Below are positions 1 through 10,321 of a stretch of DNA of 64,000 bases, in pieces. The position numbers and the translations under genes are program-made. The notes beneath the pieces are model-generated. The model searched no databases. It had not been told where the DNA came from and saw only the letters and a program-made list of their open reading frames with translations. The stretch is from sequence record NC_042136.1. One strand, written 5' to 3'. Within the stretch, counting starts at the first letter, position 1, and each line of letters starts with the position of its first letter.

Positions 1-15
1 AAAACGGAGAGTCTA

Positions 16-3000
16 ATGGCTAATACGAATACAGGTGTCGGTCCTCGTAAACTCACTATGAAACGTAGTGATGGGAAACCAGACACGGACATCATTAGTG
101 ACGCTAATGGTAAGTGGTCCATCGATGTAGGTAGCGAAGGTAAAGGTAAAGTTACTTTCCAATTCTTCAGTGGTGAAGAAAAACTCGGTGAACAAGAAAT
201 TAACTTTGTTCAGAAAACAGATCTCCTAGACGGGTTTGATAATCTGTCAACGAAAAACTACAGCAACGTTAAAGGGTTGGTCCTCAATGACAAACTCGCT
301 CCTATCAGTGATGTAGTACTGGACTTCTCTTACAGTGTAGATGGCGCAGCCGCAGTAACAGGTAAGACTTACCCTTCTTCTAACACTGGTCTATTTACTT
401 TCAGCTTACCTACTGATGAAATGGTCGGTAAAAGTAAAGTAGAAGTGACCGTGACTTACGATGGGACTACAGCTACTCGCACATTTGATTTAGTGGACGA
501 ATACTTACCCGCTAACTTCGCCACACTTCACGCTCCCGTCCAAGTGCGTCCCGATGAGACAATGACGGTGTACGGTAAAGCTTTCTACGATTACAACGCT
601 CTGCCTTTGTTGGGTCCAAGTCGTAAGTTGTTTTACTTTGACAAACACCCAGCGATGATGCACGACGTTACCGATGCACTAGAAGACAACGGGTTCTTTA
701 AACTAGAAATTCCGGCCACCGGTTACTTTAGCGTAATCAACAATGGCGGAGTTACACAACAAGGTATTAACGTGGTTAAGGAGCTTACTCCTCCACACTT
801 GTTCCGTGTTGCTCCTCGTAGCTTGATGATCTTTGATAGCAGCTGGGCGGGTTCTTCATCAGAATGGTGGGGTCGTGTTTTTGATGAAAACGGTAACACT
901 CCTAATCTGATCAACGGCAATGTGGTTTGTGCTGACTTGCGTATGTCTCGTCAATACAAATCGGCGTCATTCAACAGTGACGGTTCGGTCGAGAACTGGT
1001 TAAGTGTAGATGAAGATGCGAAAAACCCTTACTGCTTTGTGGACGGTCGCATGGTTCTACCTAACATGACTCGTTACAACCACAGTGGTGACATGTTTAA
1101 CCTAGCCGCTGGGACCACTAACTGGGTTCGCGCTGGCAAACCAGTGGTTAACGCCTTTGCTTATACCGACGAAGTGAGTATTCCTAAAGCAGGCGTTTCC
1201 GTTAAACTAAGTTCTATCGAGAACGGTGTTCGTACTGAAATCGGCACAGCGGTAACTGACAAATACGGCGTGGTCAAGTTTGATGTTCCAGCACGTGAAG
1301 AACCTACTCGTTTAGAGATGGTAGCGGAAGCTGGTGAATTCGAATTGTTCTTTGTGAACGACTGGGTGGATCCAGCTAAATTCAAAGTGGCTACTGACAT
1401 CACGTTGCCATTCATTCCGCCGATCTATTTCGATGGTTACATCCAAATCAACTTTGATCCTATCGACCAAAACGGTGAGCGATTCAACTTGGATCCTCAA
1501 ATCACTTATGAAGGGATGCACATGCAAATTCGTGACTATCCGTTCTTCCGTCCTTACTTGGACTTAGGTGACAACCAAGGCCGTTACATGTTCTCACTGC
1601 AATCAGCACAAGACAAGTTCCCTAGTCGTACTCGTATTGCGATGACGTGTGATGAGCTGAGTGTGGAGAAAGATTTGGTCATAGGTTCAGCAGAAGGTAT
1701 TAACCCGTTGATCTATGCAGCTGGCGCTGGCGTGGCAGGTTTCCCTATCACCGCAGGTTGGCGCATCCTAGATGTGAATAAAGCTCCGTTGTCTGGTAAA
1801 ACGGTTAAAGTTTGGTACGATAAAGTAGAAGGCGAGCCAGCTCATACTTTGACCACGGACAAATACGGTAGTGTATTGGCGGACATTCCTTGGAAACCAC
1901 TAAACTATACTCGTACCATCATTATCCAATCTGAAGGTGATGAGTTCACACAACAACTAATGTGGACTAAGAAACCTACGGGTAGTGAAATCGATCTACG
2001 TTTCTCTTCAGCACAAATGGCTGGAGACAAATGGTTCCTAGACATCGAAGTACGCGACAAACCGGGTAATGTGTTGTACGACAACGATTGTGCGTTGTAT
2101 GAGATTTTCCTCGACAACAAAGCTGGGATGTACCTCAAAGACGAAGACCTCTTAACAGGTCGTTACCAAAACCGTTCTGGGCAATTCAGCATGAATTGGC
2201 CGAGTGATGATACTAAGATCACGGAATGGGTTTACTTCACCGAGTCTGGTTTCAAAGAGTTCACCTTTGATAAAGACAACTTAACCAGTCCGCAATCCGC
2301 TCCGGTTACAGCGCTTAAGGTACAACCTTGGTCTACTAAGCGTGGTTCTAATGAAAGTTCTTCTTTCCTTGAAATCTACGCATCAGACGCTGATGGTAAA
2401 CCAGTGGCGAATGCCGAAATTGAAGTTCACAAAACTGATGCGAATGGCGATCTTTACACCACGGTTCTTACGAACGATAAAGGTGTTGCGCACTACGAAA
2501 CCACTCATGTTAAGACGATCGGTGCTGAAACATTATTCTTCCAATGTGATGGTGTTAATACCACCACCACCGTAGAATGGGCGAACGATCCTCTTATCGG
2601 TGCTATGTTCCACGATATCGATTGGACGTTGGATGTTGCTGAAGGTCATAACGGTATTATCGTCGGACGTGTGAGCAACTACACAGGCGCACCGATTCCG
2701 AAAGATAACTTTAACATCAGCGTTTACGATGCGGTAACGGGTGAAACGTTAAGTGGTATCGGTACGCGTACTTTCGACGACGGTCGTTTTGAGATCTCCG
2801 TACCGGGCACTGGTGTTAAAGACTACGTACTTGGGACGGATGAAGGGTTTTATCCTTTCCGAATGATTTGGTCAGACATCCCGCTAGTGAATCCTGCGGA
2901 CCTAGTACTATCTGATACCACATCTAAAGTCTTCGTGAAAGATGAAGAGATGTTGTTGACGGGTTATGTAGTGGATGCTGAAGGTAACCGCTTACGTCTT

Positions 3001-4908
3001 ACTGGTGTTCCGCAAGTAGCGACCAAAGCAAGTAACGAAGGTTACACCAATACACCGTTGTTCGCTCCGGATGGTTACTTTGTGTCTTACCAATATCCAG
3101 ATGCGCTTGGTGACGTCAGTATCGATTGGTTAGTCGACGGCACTAACATCACTACCATGACATTCCCTGTAGTGGGTGAAGTGTTGTTAGAAACCACACT
3201 GATGAGTATCACTGAACCTTACTACCAAACACCTGCTAAGTTAGTGGCCTTGGTTACGGAAGTTGAAACCGAGAAACCGTTAGAAGGTGCTTACGTGGAA
3301 CTGAAAGGTGACAGTGTTAAAGGTAAAGTGGGTGGGGTAACAGATCAAGATGGTTTAGTGCACATCGAGACTCCGTTCCCTGAACAAGACGCTGCATCTT
3401 TGACGTTCACTTTAAGTTACGGTGGATACGAAGAAGAGAAAACCATCACTTGGGTTTCTCGTAACGTTGTGCCAGCCGCAGAGTTCTTGAATCTAAAAGA
3501 GAAAGACAAATGCAGTGAAGGTGAAGCTTACACTACTCGTGTTGGGTTGGGTTACAACGGTCGCCCTGCTACAGTTGACACCACCTTACACCTATACGAC
3601 TTCGGTACTAAGACTTACACTGAACTCACTAATGCTATCGAGTCTAAAAACAGTGTGAGCTTTACTATTCCGGTTCACGGCACAGGTGTACACAAATTCG
3701 CTCTGTGCGGTTCTAGTGCTTACCAAGAGTTTGAAGTCGAGTGGGTTGATGGTATCTACGATCCAGTGGACAGTGTACACTTTAGCAGTAATGGAAACAC
3801 CGCTGAAGTCGGTGCGACTGCGGTAATCAGTGGTTACTTGATGCAAGGCAGTACAGGTTACTTAGCAACTAAAGAAGAACCATTGTTCGTTCGTCGTGTT
3901 ACTGACGGTCATGTGTTCGAAGGTATTTCTAAAGTTGGTGGTGGTTTTGAAGTCACCGTAGAAGTCGATGTGAAAGGTGAAGTGTACTTTGAGGTTTACC
4001 GTCGTCCTGAGGCTATCCTAGGTGAAGCTATGTTGAATGGTATCGAGGTAGGTTCGGTAACTATGGTTCCGGGTGCTAACCAAATCATACCTCTAGACGA
4101 GTACCCTTACCTACCAGTGTACGTCCGCGATAGCGATGGTAACCCTATCGAGGGCGCAGAAGTTGTAGTGACACTGAAAGGTGGTGATGGTACGGTATTG
4201 ACCAGTGATACGACTGACGTATTCGGTTACATCGATCTATGGCCTGAAGGTCGCGCAGATTCAGGTACGTTGACTTACGTTATGACGTTCGGCAGTAAAC
4301 AAGTTGAACACACCGTGACGTTCACAGACGATACCAGCATTCCTTACACCATTTACTCGTTCGCTCCTCGTCGTTGGACTAACGGTGAATCATTCCGCAT
4401 GGCTGGTTACATTCTGGACTACGATAACAACCCAGTCAAGGATGTTAATTTGGGTCGTGTTTGGTTCGGTATGGGTGATGCAGTTGACATCACAAATGCG
4501 GTGGATGAACACGGTCGTTTCGAAATCGAAGTACCAGCAAGTATTCACACTAATGACTCTGATGGTCTATCGTTGTACACCACTTCAACTTACGACACGA
4601 ACTGGATCTACTACGATGACGATGTCATGATGCCTCACCATATCGAGTGGGATACTGAATTCCCTACCACACTCAACGAGAACGAGACATTCACCATGTC
4701 TGGTAAGGTGGTGGATAAAGATGGTGTTGTGGTTCCTATCAACAACCGCTTGTCGTCTCGTACTGATAGCAACGATTACGGTCGCGCAGATGTTAGTGAT
4801 GGTGTGTTCAGCATTCAGCTTGTTGCTAGCAAAGCAGGTAATCATGCGTTCATGTTCTACTTTAATAACGAAGGTTACGTAGGACGTCAAATAGTGACTG
4901 TCTCTTAA
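16..4908 (+). CDS. Giant Ig-like repeat virion protein (putative fibre/adhesin), 1630 aa
   Basis: GGAG RBS at 6-9; beta-rich repeats with recurring D-x-x-G-x-P and T-D-x-x-G motifs typical of Ig-like/prealbumin-like modules; N-terminal ~65 aa shared with the next two ORFs. Confidence 0.6.
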   Translation: MANTNTGVGPRKLTMKRSDGKPDTDIISDANGKWSIDVGSEGKGKVTFQFFSGEEKLGEQEINFVQKTDLLDGFDNLSTKNYSNVKGLVLNDKLAPISDVVLDFSYSVDGAAAVTGKTYPSSNTGLFTFSLPTDEMVGKSKVEVTVTYDGTTATRTFDLVDEYLPANFATLHAPVQVRPDETMTVYGKAFYDYNALPLLGPSRKLFYFDKHPAMMHDVTDALEDNGFFKLEIPATGYFSVINNGGVTQQGINVVKELTPPHLFRVAPRSLMIFDSSWAGSSSEWWGRVFDENGNTPNLINGNVVCADLRMSRQYKSASFNSDGSVENWLSVDEDAKNPYCFVDGRMVLPNMTRYNHSGDMFNLAAGTTNWVRAGKPVVNAFAYTDEVSIPKAGVSVKLSSIENGVRTEIGTAVTDKYGVVKFDVPAREEPTRLEMVAEAGEFELFFVNDWVDPAKFKVATDITLPFIPPIYFDGYIQINFDPIDQNGERFNLDPQITYEGMHMQIRDYPFFRPYLDLGDNQGRYMFSLQSAQDKFPSRTRIAMTCDELSVEKDLVIGSAEGINPLIYAAGAGVAGFPITAGWRILDVNKAPLSGKTVKVWYDKVEGEPAHTLTTDKYGSVLADIPWKPLNYTRTIIIQSEGDEFTQQLMWTKKPTGSEIDLRFSSAQMAGDKWFLDIEVRDKPGNVLYDNDCALYEIFLDNKAGMYLKDEDLLTGRYQNRSGQFSMNWPSDDTKITEWVYFTESGFKEFTFDKDNLTSPQSAPVTALKVQPWSTKRGSNESSSFLEIYASDADGKPVANAEIEVHKTDANGDLYTTVLTNDKGVAHYETTHVKTIGAETLFFQCDGVNTTTTVEWANDPLIGAMFHDIDWTLDVAEGHNGIIVGRVSNYTGAPIPKDNFNISVYDAVTGETLSGIGTRTFDDGRFEISVPGTGVKDYVLGTDEGFYPFRMIWSDIPLVNPADLVLSDTTSKVFVKDEEMLLTGYVVDAEGNRLRLTGVPQVATKASNEGYTNTPLFAPDGYFVSYQYPDALGDVSIDWLVDGTNITTMTFPVVGEVLLETTLMSITEPYYQTPAKLVALVTEVETEKPLEGAYVELKGDSVKGKVGGVTDQDGLVHIETPFPEQDAASLTFTLSYGGYEEEKTITWVSRNVVPAAEFLNLKEKDKCSEGEAYTTRVGLGYNGRPATVDTTLHLYDFGTKTYTELTNAIESKNSVSFTIPVHGTGVHKFALCGSSAYQEFEVEWVDGIYDPVDSVHFSSNGNTAEVGATAVISGYLMQGSTGYLATKEEPLFVRRVTDGHVFEGISKVGGGFEVTVEVDVKGEVYFEVYRRPEAILGEAMLNGIEVGSVTMVPGANQIIPLDEYPYLPVYVRDSDGNPIEGAEVVVTLKGGDGTVLTSDTTDVFGYIDLWPEGRADSGTLTYVMTFGSKQVEHTVTFTDDTSIPYTIYSFAPRRWTNGESFRMAGYILDYDNNPVKDVNLGRVWFGMGDAVDITNAVDEHGRFEIEVPASIHTNDSDGLSLYTTSTYDTNWIYYDDDVMMPHHIEWDTEFPTTLNENETFTMSGKVVDKDGVVVPINNRLSSRTDSNDYGRADVSDGVFSIQLVASKAGNHAFMFYFNNEGYVGRQIVTVS

Positions 4909-4919
4909 CTTAAGTAAAT

Positions 4920-4950
4920 GTTGCTCTCCTTAGGGGGAGCAACTCTTTTT
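4920..4950 (+). terminator. Intrinsic terminator
   Basis: GTTGCTC...GAGCAAC stem followed by a T-run. Confidence 0.7.
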
Positions 4951-4966
4951 AATAACAGAGGAAATT

Positions 4967-7894
4967 ATGGCTGAAGAATTAGTCAAAGGTTTGACTGGTA
5001 AATCCAATTCACCATTCGTCATTAAACGTGACGACGGCGGAGACGATGTAACTGTCACACCAGCCGCTGACGGGTCTTGGTCGGTAGAGTTAAGCTCCGA
5101 AGTAAAGAAAACGGTGAATTTCAGTTTCGTAGTAGGGACCGAAGAAAAAGCCAGTCTATCTATTCCGTTCGTTGACGTGGAACGTTTTGAAGACGTCAAC
5201 TATTCCGTAGTTACCACGGAAGTAGGACGCTCTGCTAAAATCCATACCGCGCCTATCGAAAACTGGGGGCGTAATCCGGTTCCTCACAATAGTGTGCGTT
5301 TCTATTACGCTGACACCGACGAACTAATCGGTAAAGTGTTTACGGATAAATACGGGATTGCTTCTATTGAGGTCCCAGCCGAGTCTGAACAAAAAACGCG
5401 TAGTGTGGAAGCTCGTTGTGGTTCTCGCAAGAAAACATTTAACATCGAGTGGAAAGCGGCGGGTCAGTCACCTAAAGTCTTCATCGAAGATCTACGTGTC
5501 ACCGATAAAGTCGAAGACATCAAAGTTGGTAGACTGAGTTGTGTGGTGGTGAATGAACACGGTGAATCACTTCCAGATATGGAAATCGGTATTTACGATT
5601 TGGATAGACTGACAGACGTTACTGATGGTAACTATGAAAGTCTCGGTGATACTCACTTCGTTGCTTGGGACGATCCAGATTGGGGTGTTGTTAATTCACC
5701 ACGTCACTTGATGGTGTACTGTGGTGACTTCCATCAGGAAATCGAAGTCGTTGATGGTGATTACATTAATACAGTTCCAACTAAGGCGAACTTAGTAAGT
5801 GATTTCTCGGCAGCGATAGCTTACGGCCATCCTGTTATGGCGGAAGTTGGGTTCAACGATGAAGGGGATGATTTCGAAATCCACGGGTACCAGTATGGTC
5901 GTTTTGAATCCAGTGATAGTCAGGATCGTGATACGTTTAACATGCGTCCTAAAGGCACTTCCATTTTCCCTATGGAAACTTATTGGGGTAGGGATCGTAC
6001 TTACAAAGTCATGAACAAAGATCGCACTGAGTTACTGGAGTTCCCGGTTAAGTTCGCTATTATCCGTGACTTCTTTATGTTCTGTCCAGTAACCACGGCA
6101 TTGAAAAACACCACGTTTACGGTTCCTTACTACGTAGAAGGTACTGACGGCAAACCTATGGCCGGTGTGAAGGTTTCTTTGAAAGAAGTAGGGGTAGGTA
6201 AAGATTTCTACGTAGAAGGTGGTACAGACGACCGTGGATTTGTTTATTTGGACGTTCCTTATGTGGAAGGTGAATCTCAGCGTAAGTTCCGAGCACGTTG
6301 TGGTCTGAAAGACATTGACGTGGATCTAACATGGGATGACGGTACGGGCTTACACCCTACCACGTTCACTAACTTGCAACACGAAGAAATTGGTGATGCT
6401 TTAATTCACGATATTTACGTTCAAGATAAGGACGTTAAACAAATCGGTGAGCAGTTCATTGAAATCCGAGCAACGTTGTTGGACCAGAACGGAAATCCTT
6501 GTGAATACACTGAGTTCTTAGTACATGATGATCGTGGTAATACCGTTGGGACGTACGAGTGTAATGACGAAGGTAAGATTTATCTAAAATACCGAGGTAA
6601 TGCCGGTTATCATAATCTGACCTTTATCTCAGGTAATGCGGTGTTGACTACCTCTTTCCGTCTTAAAGGTGTTAAGAAAATGCTGCCGTTCGCCACGGGC
6701 GATCTGTTAGTAAAACCGGGAGTTACCGCAGACATTCCATTCTTCTACTTAGATGAATGGGGTGAACCGGTCGCTAATAAACAAATCCATTGTACCTTTG
6801 ATGACCCTACTCATAACTACGGTAGTTCTTCTACTGATAAGTACGGGTTCGGCGTAGGACACGCCTACGACACCCACTTGAATGAACCTCACACTACGTT
6901 CTACTTAGTTGACAAAGACGACACGTCTACCATGTTGTCTTACAACCTAGTCTTTACTGACGAGGCGAATCCTTATCCTGCTTCAGTAGGTTTGTGGAAA
7001 TGGTCTAAGGGCACCACACCTACGGTAGGTGGACACTACGGTATGTACTTCCATCACGCCGATAAAACAGCGCCGTATACCGATGAAGTATTGTACGGTT
7101 GGGTGTGTCCGAGTACAGGTGAACACGATCTATATAAGCGTCAACCTGATGAAAACGGATTAGTCGTCTTTGATTCCTATCCAGTAGGGAACAACGACAC
7201 ACCTTATCTGGAAGTCTTCGCGGGGAACAACGGTAATACGATGACGATATCGTACAGTGTAACCGAACCATTACATGGTCGCGCTACTATCGATCCAGCG
7301 TCTATCCCTGATGAGATTTTATCATCTACACCGTTCACACTTCGAGGACAACTCCACGCTCCTGATGGTGGCCCTTATGACGTAAACCAAGAACACACTG
7401 TTCGTATTTTCGGTGTTCCGGTTAACCTTTCTGGTGGCAATGGTCGTACTTCTTCCATTTACTCTGACCGAGAAGGTGAGTTTGAAATTGAATTCATCGT
7501 TTCAAAACCGGGTGATCACTTGTTCTTAATCCATACGTCAGCAGAAGACTATTTGACTTCGTTGGCTAAAGAGGTCAAACAAGGTCCAGTAGCGGTGGGT
7601 TCCAAATTCACTAAACCTGATTTGGAACAACCAATTTACGTTGGTGATCGTGTTCCTATTGAAGGTGGTTGGGTGGACGCGGATGGTAATTATGTCTACA
7701 TAGAAGATACGGTTAACTACTCTTTGGATGGTCGACGTTTCTACTCTAACGATGGGGTGTCTATCCAAGACTACACGTTTGATCATAGTGGTAGTACGAT
7801 CAACACGGAAGGTGAACACACGTACACCGTGGAAGGTCATGACGGTCATAAAGCCGAAATTACTTTCACGGTACTTCCTAAACCTGCGGAATAA
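4967..7894 (+). CDS. Ig-like repeat virion protein, paralog 2, 975 aa
   Basis: GAGG RBS; N-terminal IKRDDG...DGSWSV module shared with ORFs 16 and 7954; repeated TDKYG/TDDRG motifs. Confidence 0.6.
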   Translation: MAEELVKGLTGKSNSPFVIKRDDGGDDVTVTPAADGSWSVELSSEVKKTVNFSFVVGTEEKASLSIPFVDVERFEDVNYSVVTTEVGRSAKIHTAPIENWGRNPVPHNSVRFYYADTDELIGKVFTDKYGIASIEVPAESEQKTRSVEARCGSRKKTFNIEWKAAGQSPKVFIEDLRVTDKVEDIKVGRLSCVVVNEHGESLPDMEIGIYDLDRLTDVTDGNYESLGDTHFVAWDDPDWGVVNSPRHLMVYCGDFHQEIEVVDGDYINTVPTKANLVSDFSAAIAYGHPVMAEVGFNDEGDDFEIHGYQYGRFESSDSQDRDTFNMRPKGTSIFPMETYWGRDRTYKVMNKDRTELLEFPVKFAIIRDFFMFCPVTTALKNTTFTVPYYVEGTDGKPMAGVKVSLKEVGVGKDFYVEGGTDDRGFVYLDVPYVEGESQRKFRARCGLKDIDVDLTWDDGTGLHPTTFTNLQHEEIGDALIHDIYVQDKDVKQIGEQFIEIRATLLDQNGNPCEYTEFLVHDDRGNTVGTYECNDEGKIYLKYRGNAGYHNLTFISGNAVLTTSFRLKGVKKMLPFATGDLLVKPGVTADIPFFYLDEWGEPVANKQIHCTFDDPTHNYGSSSTDKYGFGVGHAYDTHLNEPHTTFYLVDKDDTSTMLSYNLVFTDEANPYPASVGLWKWSKGTTPTVGGHYGMYFHHADKTAPYTDEVLYGWVCPSTGEHDLYKRQPDENGLVVFDSYPVGNNDTPYLEVFAGNNGNTMTISYSVTEPLHGRATIDPASIPDEILSSTPFTLRGQLHAPDGGPYDVNQEHTVRIFGVPVNLSGGNGRTSSIYSDREGEFEIEFIVSKPGDHLFLIHTSAEDYLTSLAKEVKQGPVAVGSKFTKPDLEQPIYVGDRVPIEGGWVDADGNYVYIEDTVNYSLDGRRFYSNDGVSIQDYTFDHSGSTINTEGEHTYTVEGHDGHKAEITFTVLPKPAE

Positions 7895-7903
7895 ACAAAA
7901 CGT

Positions 7904-7938
7904 TATATACTCGGTGGGTTACACCGAGTATATACTTT
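7904..7938 (+). terminator. Intrinsic terminator
   Basis: 13-bp stem TATATACTCGGTG/CACCGAGTATATA. Confidence 0.65.
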
Positions 7939-7953
7939 AATAAGGAATGAACA

Positions 7954-10233
7954 ATGAGCGAAGATTTAAAACCGGGTGATCCTATCGAACTCACTATTAA
8001 ACGTGATGACGGTTTACCTGATTCCACGGTAATGACCAAACCAGATGGAACGTGGGAACTCGAAGTCACACCAGTAGGTAGTCCGGGTAAGGTAACGTTC
8101 ACCGTTCACCACGGCATTCGTAAGTTGGGCGAGCACGCTATCTCTTTTTCTGGTATGCCTTTCTCTGCTGAGATTTTGTCAGGGGCGTATCCGATAATGC
8201 CTTTTGATGAAGATAGAGTCGTTACGTACCAGTTAAAAGATAAAGACGGTAATAACTACCATCCGGGTGAGGGTGAGTTTCTGAGCATCCGTACTACGGA
8301 AGCAAGTTACGAAAACTTAGACATTCCTATCCCTAGCACCGGGATTGTGGAAATCCCTTGGGGTAAAACCAGCTTAGGGAAAGAGTCACACGTGCTGAAA
8401 AACAGTAATGACGAGGTGCTCAACCAATACGACAATGAATACATCGTAGTGGATTCGTCTACGATAGTGTACCAAGGTTCTTCTCCTAAATTAGGTGAAT
8501 CTTGGATGACTTTTGGTATGTTGACCGACCTTAATGGTAACGCGATACCAAATGCACCTGCCCGTATTCATTCGTTGACTAATGGGTATGAGTTCGATCA
8601 GACTATGGTGACTGATGAGAATGGGATTATTCCTATCTTACTCGATCCCCCTGCTGGTACTGATGAATTCGATCTTGAATTAGAAATACTTTCAGGTGGC
8701 ACAGAAGAAACGAGTGACATAACTTGGTCGGAAGACAACACGAGTTCAAAAGGGACCGTGGTATTAGATCCCACTCCCGCCGAAATATCTGAAGATGACA
8801 CTATGGTCTTTAAGGGTATTATCAAGGATAACAACGGTGACGGGATCCCTAATGCTCCCTATGACGTTTATCGTAAAGACGCAACGGGTGAAATCTACCA
8901 CGATGATAGATACACCGCTGACGAACAAGGCCACTTCACCATTGACTTTTGGTTAGAAGTAGGTAACCTTGCTATTTACGTCGCCACGGGTGAACACTAT
9001 CAACATAGAAACCTGACTGTGTATGGTGAACCGGGTATTGATCAGATTGGTTCTGGTACAACCAGAATTGCTTACGGTAAAGACTTCCCCGTTTACATGT
9101 ACTGTAACGACAAATACGGAAAACCGGCTGTCGGTAAAACGGTATCTTTTAAATATGTCGACCACCAAGGAGGTCAAACTGAAGTAGCAGGGACTGCTGA
9201 CACCGATGAGTTTGGTTTAGTGAACTGGACCATTCCTTGGGAGAAGGTTCAAGCCTATCACAGTCTTCGTGGTGAAATTGAAGAAGATTATGCTACCTTT
9301 ATATTCGAGGCTGCCCCAGAAAACGTAGTGGTTCCTGAATCTGTCGAAATCATTGTTAAACCGACTAAGCTCCATCCTTATCAACCCGGTACGATAGCTG
9401 GTTTTGTGATGGGTTCGGACGGTAAACCCGTGACTGAAAGAACTAATCTGTATGGGAATTACAATAATTTCAATGGTTCCATTTACATCACTACAGATGA
9501 AGATGGGTATTTTGAATCCAGACTGGGTTCAGCTCAATCAGAACACGAACAAGGTTACAGCTTTTACTTTGGTCGTGGTATAGAGTTAACTCGTGTGGAT
9601 GTTGCTTGGACTGATGGTGAAGGTCCGTTATACGAGATCTTCCGATTCGATTATCCTAATTACCCAAATGGTATTGGTTTATCAGAAACCATTACTTTGA
9701 CCGGTAAAATGGTGAACCAAGCTTGGTTGGCAGCCAGAGATAAAGTGGTACCTATGGAACTCACTGTTAAGGTGATGAAAGGTGCGGAACTTATCTCTAC
9801 TCATAAAACCGTGTGTGAAGACACAGGTGTGTTCTCTGTTGACATTAACACCCCAGATACCGGCGATAAGTTCGATGTTTGGTTATCAACACCTGATGGG
9901 AGTCATCAAGACCGTCTGCGTATTTGGATTGGTCCTGAGCGTATTAAGAAGATCATCATTACTGAACCGACTCCAAGCAGTGTTCCACAAGGTAGTTCTT
10001 CTATAACAGTGGGATGTCAATACCTCGATGAAAATGGTCAAGGTATTGCTAACGCCAGAATCACCATCTACGGTATTGATCCATTTAACGGTGGTTGGGG
10101 TTACGCTGGATCAGGTAGAACCGATTCAGAAGGTAAAATGACGACGAATGTTTACGTCCGTGGTCAAGATGTTTTGAAACTGCGCTTCATGGACGATCGC
10201 ACAGAAACCTTCATTGATATCCCGTTTGAATAA
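7954..10233 (+). CDS. Ig-like repeat virion protein, paralog 3, 759 aa
   Basis: AAGGA RBS; N-terminal IKRDDG...DGTWEL module; repeated DxNGxxIPNA / TDExG motifs. Confidence 0.6.
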   Translation: MSEDLKPGDPIELTIKRDDGLPDSTVMTKPDGTWELEVTPVGSPGKVTFTVHHGIRKLGEHAISFSGMPFSAEILSGAYPIMPFDEDRVVTYQLKDKDGNNYHPGEGEFLSIRTTEASYENLDIPIPSTGIVEIPWGKTSLGKESHVLKNSNDEVLNQYDNEYIVVDSSTIVYQGSSPKLGESWMTFGMLTDLNGNAIPNAPARIHSLTNGYEFDQTMVTDENGIIPILLDPPAGTDEFDLELEILSGGTEETSDITWSEDNTSSKGTVVLDPTPAEISEDDTMVFKGIIKDNNGDGIPNAPYDVYRKDATGEIYHDDRYTADEQGHFTIDFWLEVGNLAIYVATGEHYQHRNLTVYGEPGIDQIGSGTTRIAYGKDFPVYMYCNDKYGKPAVGKTVSFKYVDHQGGQTEVAGTADTDEFGLVNWTIPWEKVQAYHSLRGEIEEDYATFIFEAAPENVVVPESVEIIVKPTKLHPYQPGTIAGFVMGSDGKPVTERTNLYGNYNNFNGSIYITTDEDGYFESRLGSAQSEHEQGYSFYFGRGIELTRVDVAWTDGEGPLYEIFRFDYPNYPNGIGLSETITLTGKMVNQAWLAARDKVVPMELTVKVMKGAELISTHKTVCEDTGVFSVDINTPDTGDKFDVWLSTPDGSHQDRLRIWIGPERIKKIIITEPTPSSVPQGSSSITVGCQYLDENGQGIANARITIYGIDPFNGGWGYAGSGRTDSEGKMTTNVYVRGQDVLKLRFMDDRTETFIDIPFE

Positions 10234-10246
10234 AAACCATTAAACT

Positions 10247-10281
10247 TAACCAAGTAGGGAACATCCCCTACTTGGTTATTA
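10247..10281 (+). terminator. Intrinsic terminator
   Basis: 13-bp stem TAACCAAGTAGGG/CCCTACTTGGTTA. Confidence 0.65.
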
Positions 10282-10321
10282 CCCGATCGTATAGTGACCT
10301 AGTCAACAAGAGAGCATTATC

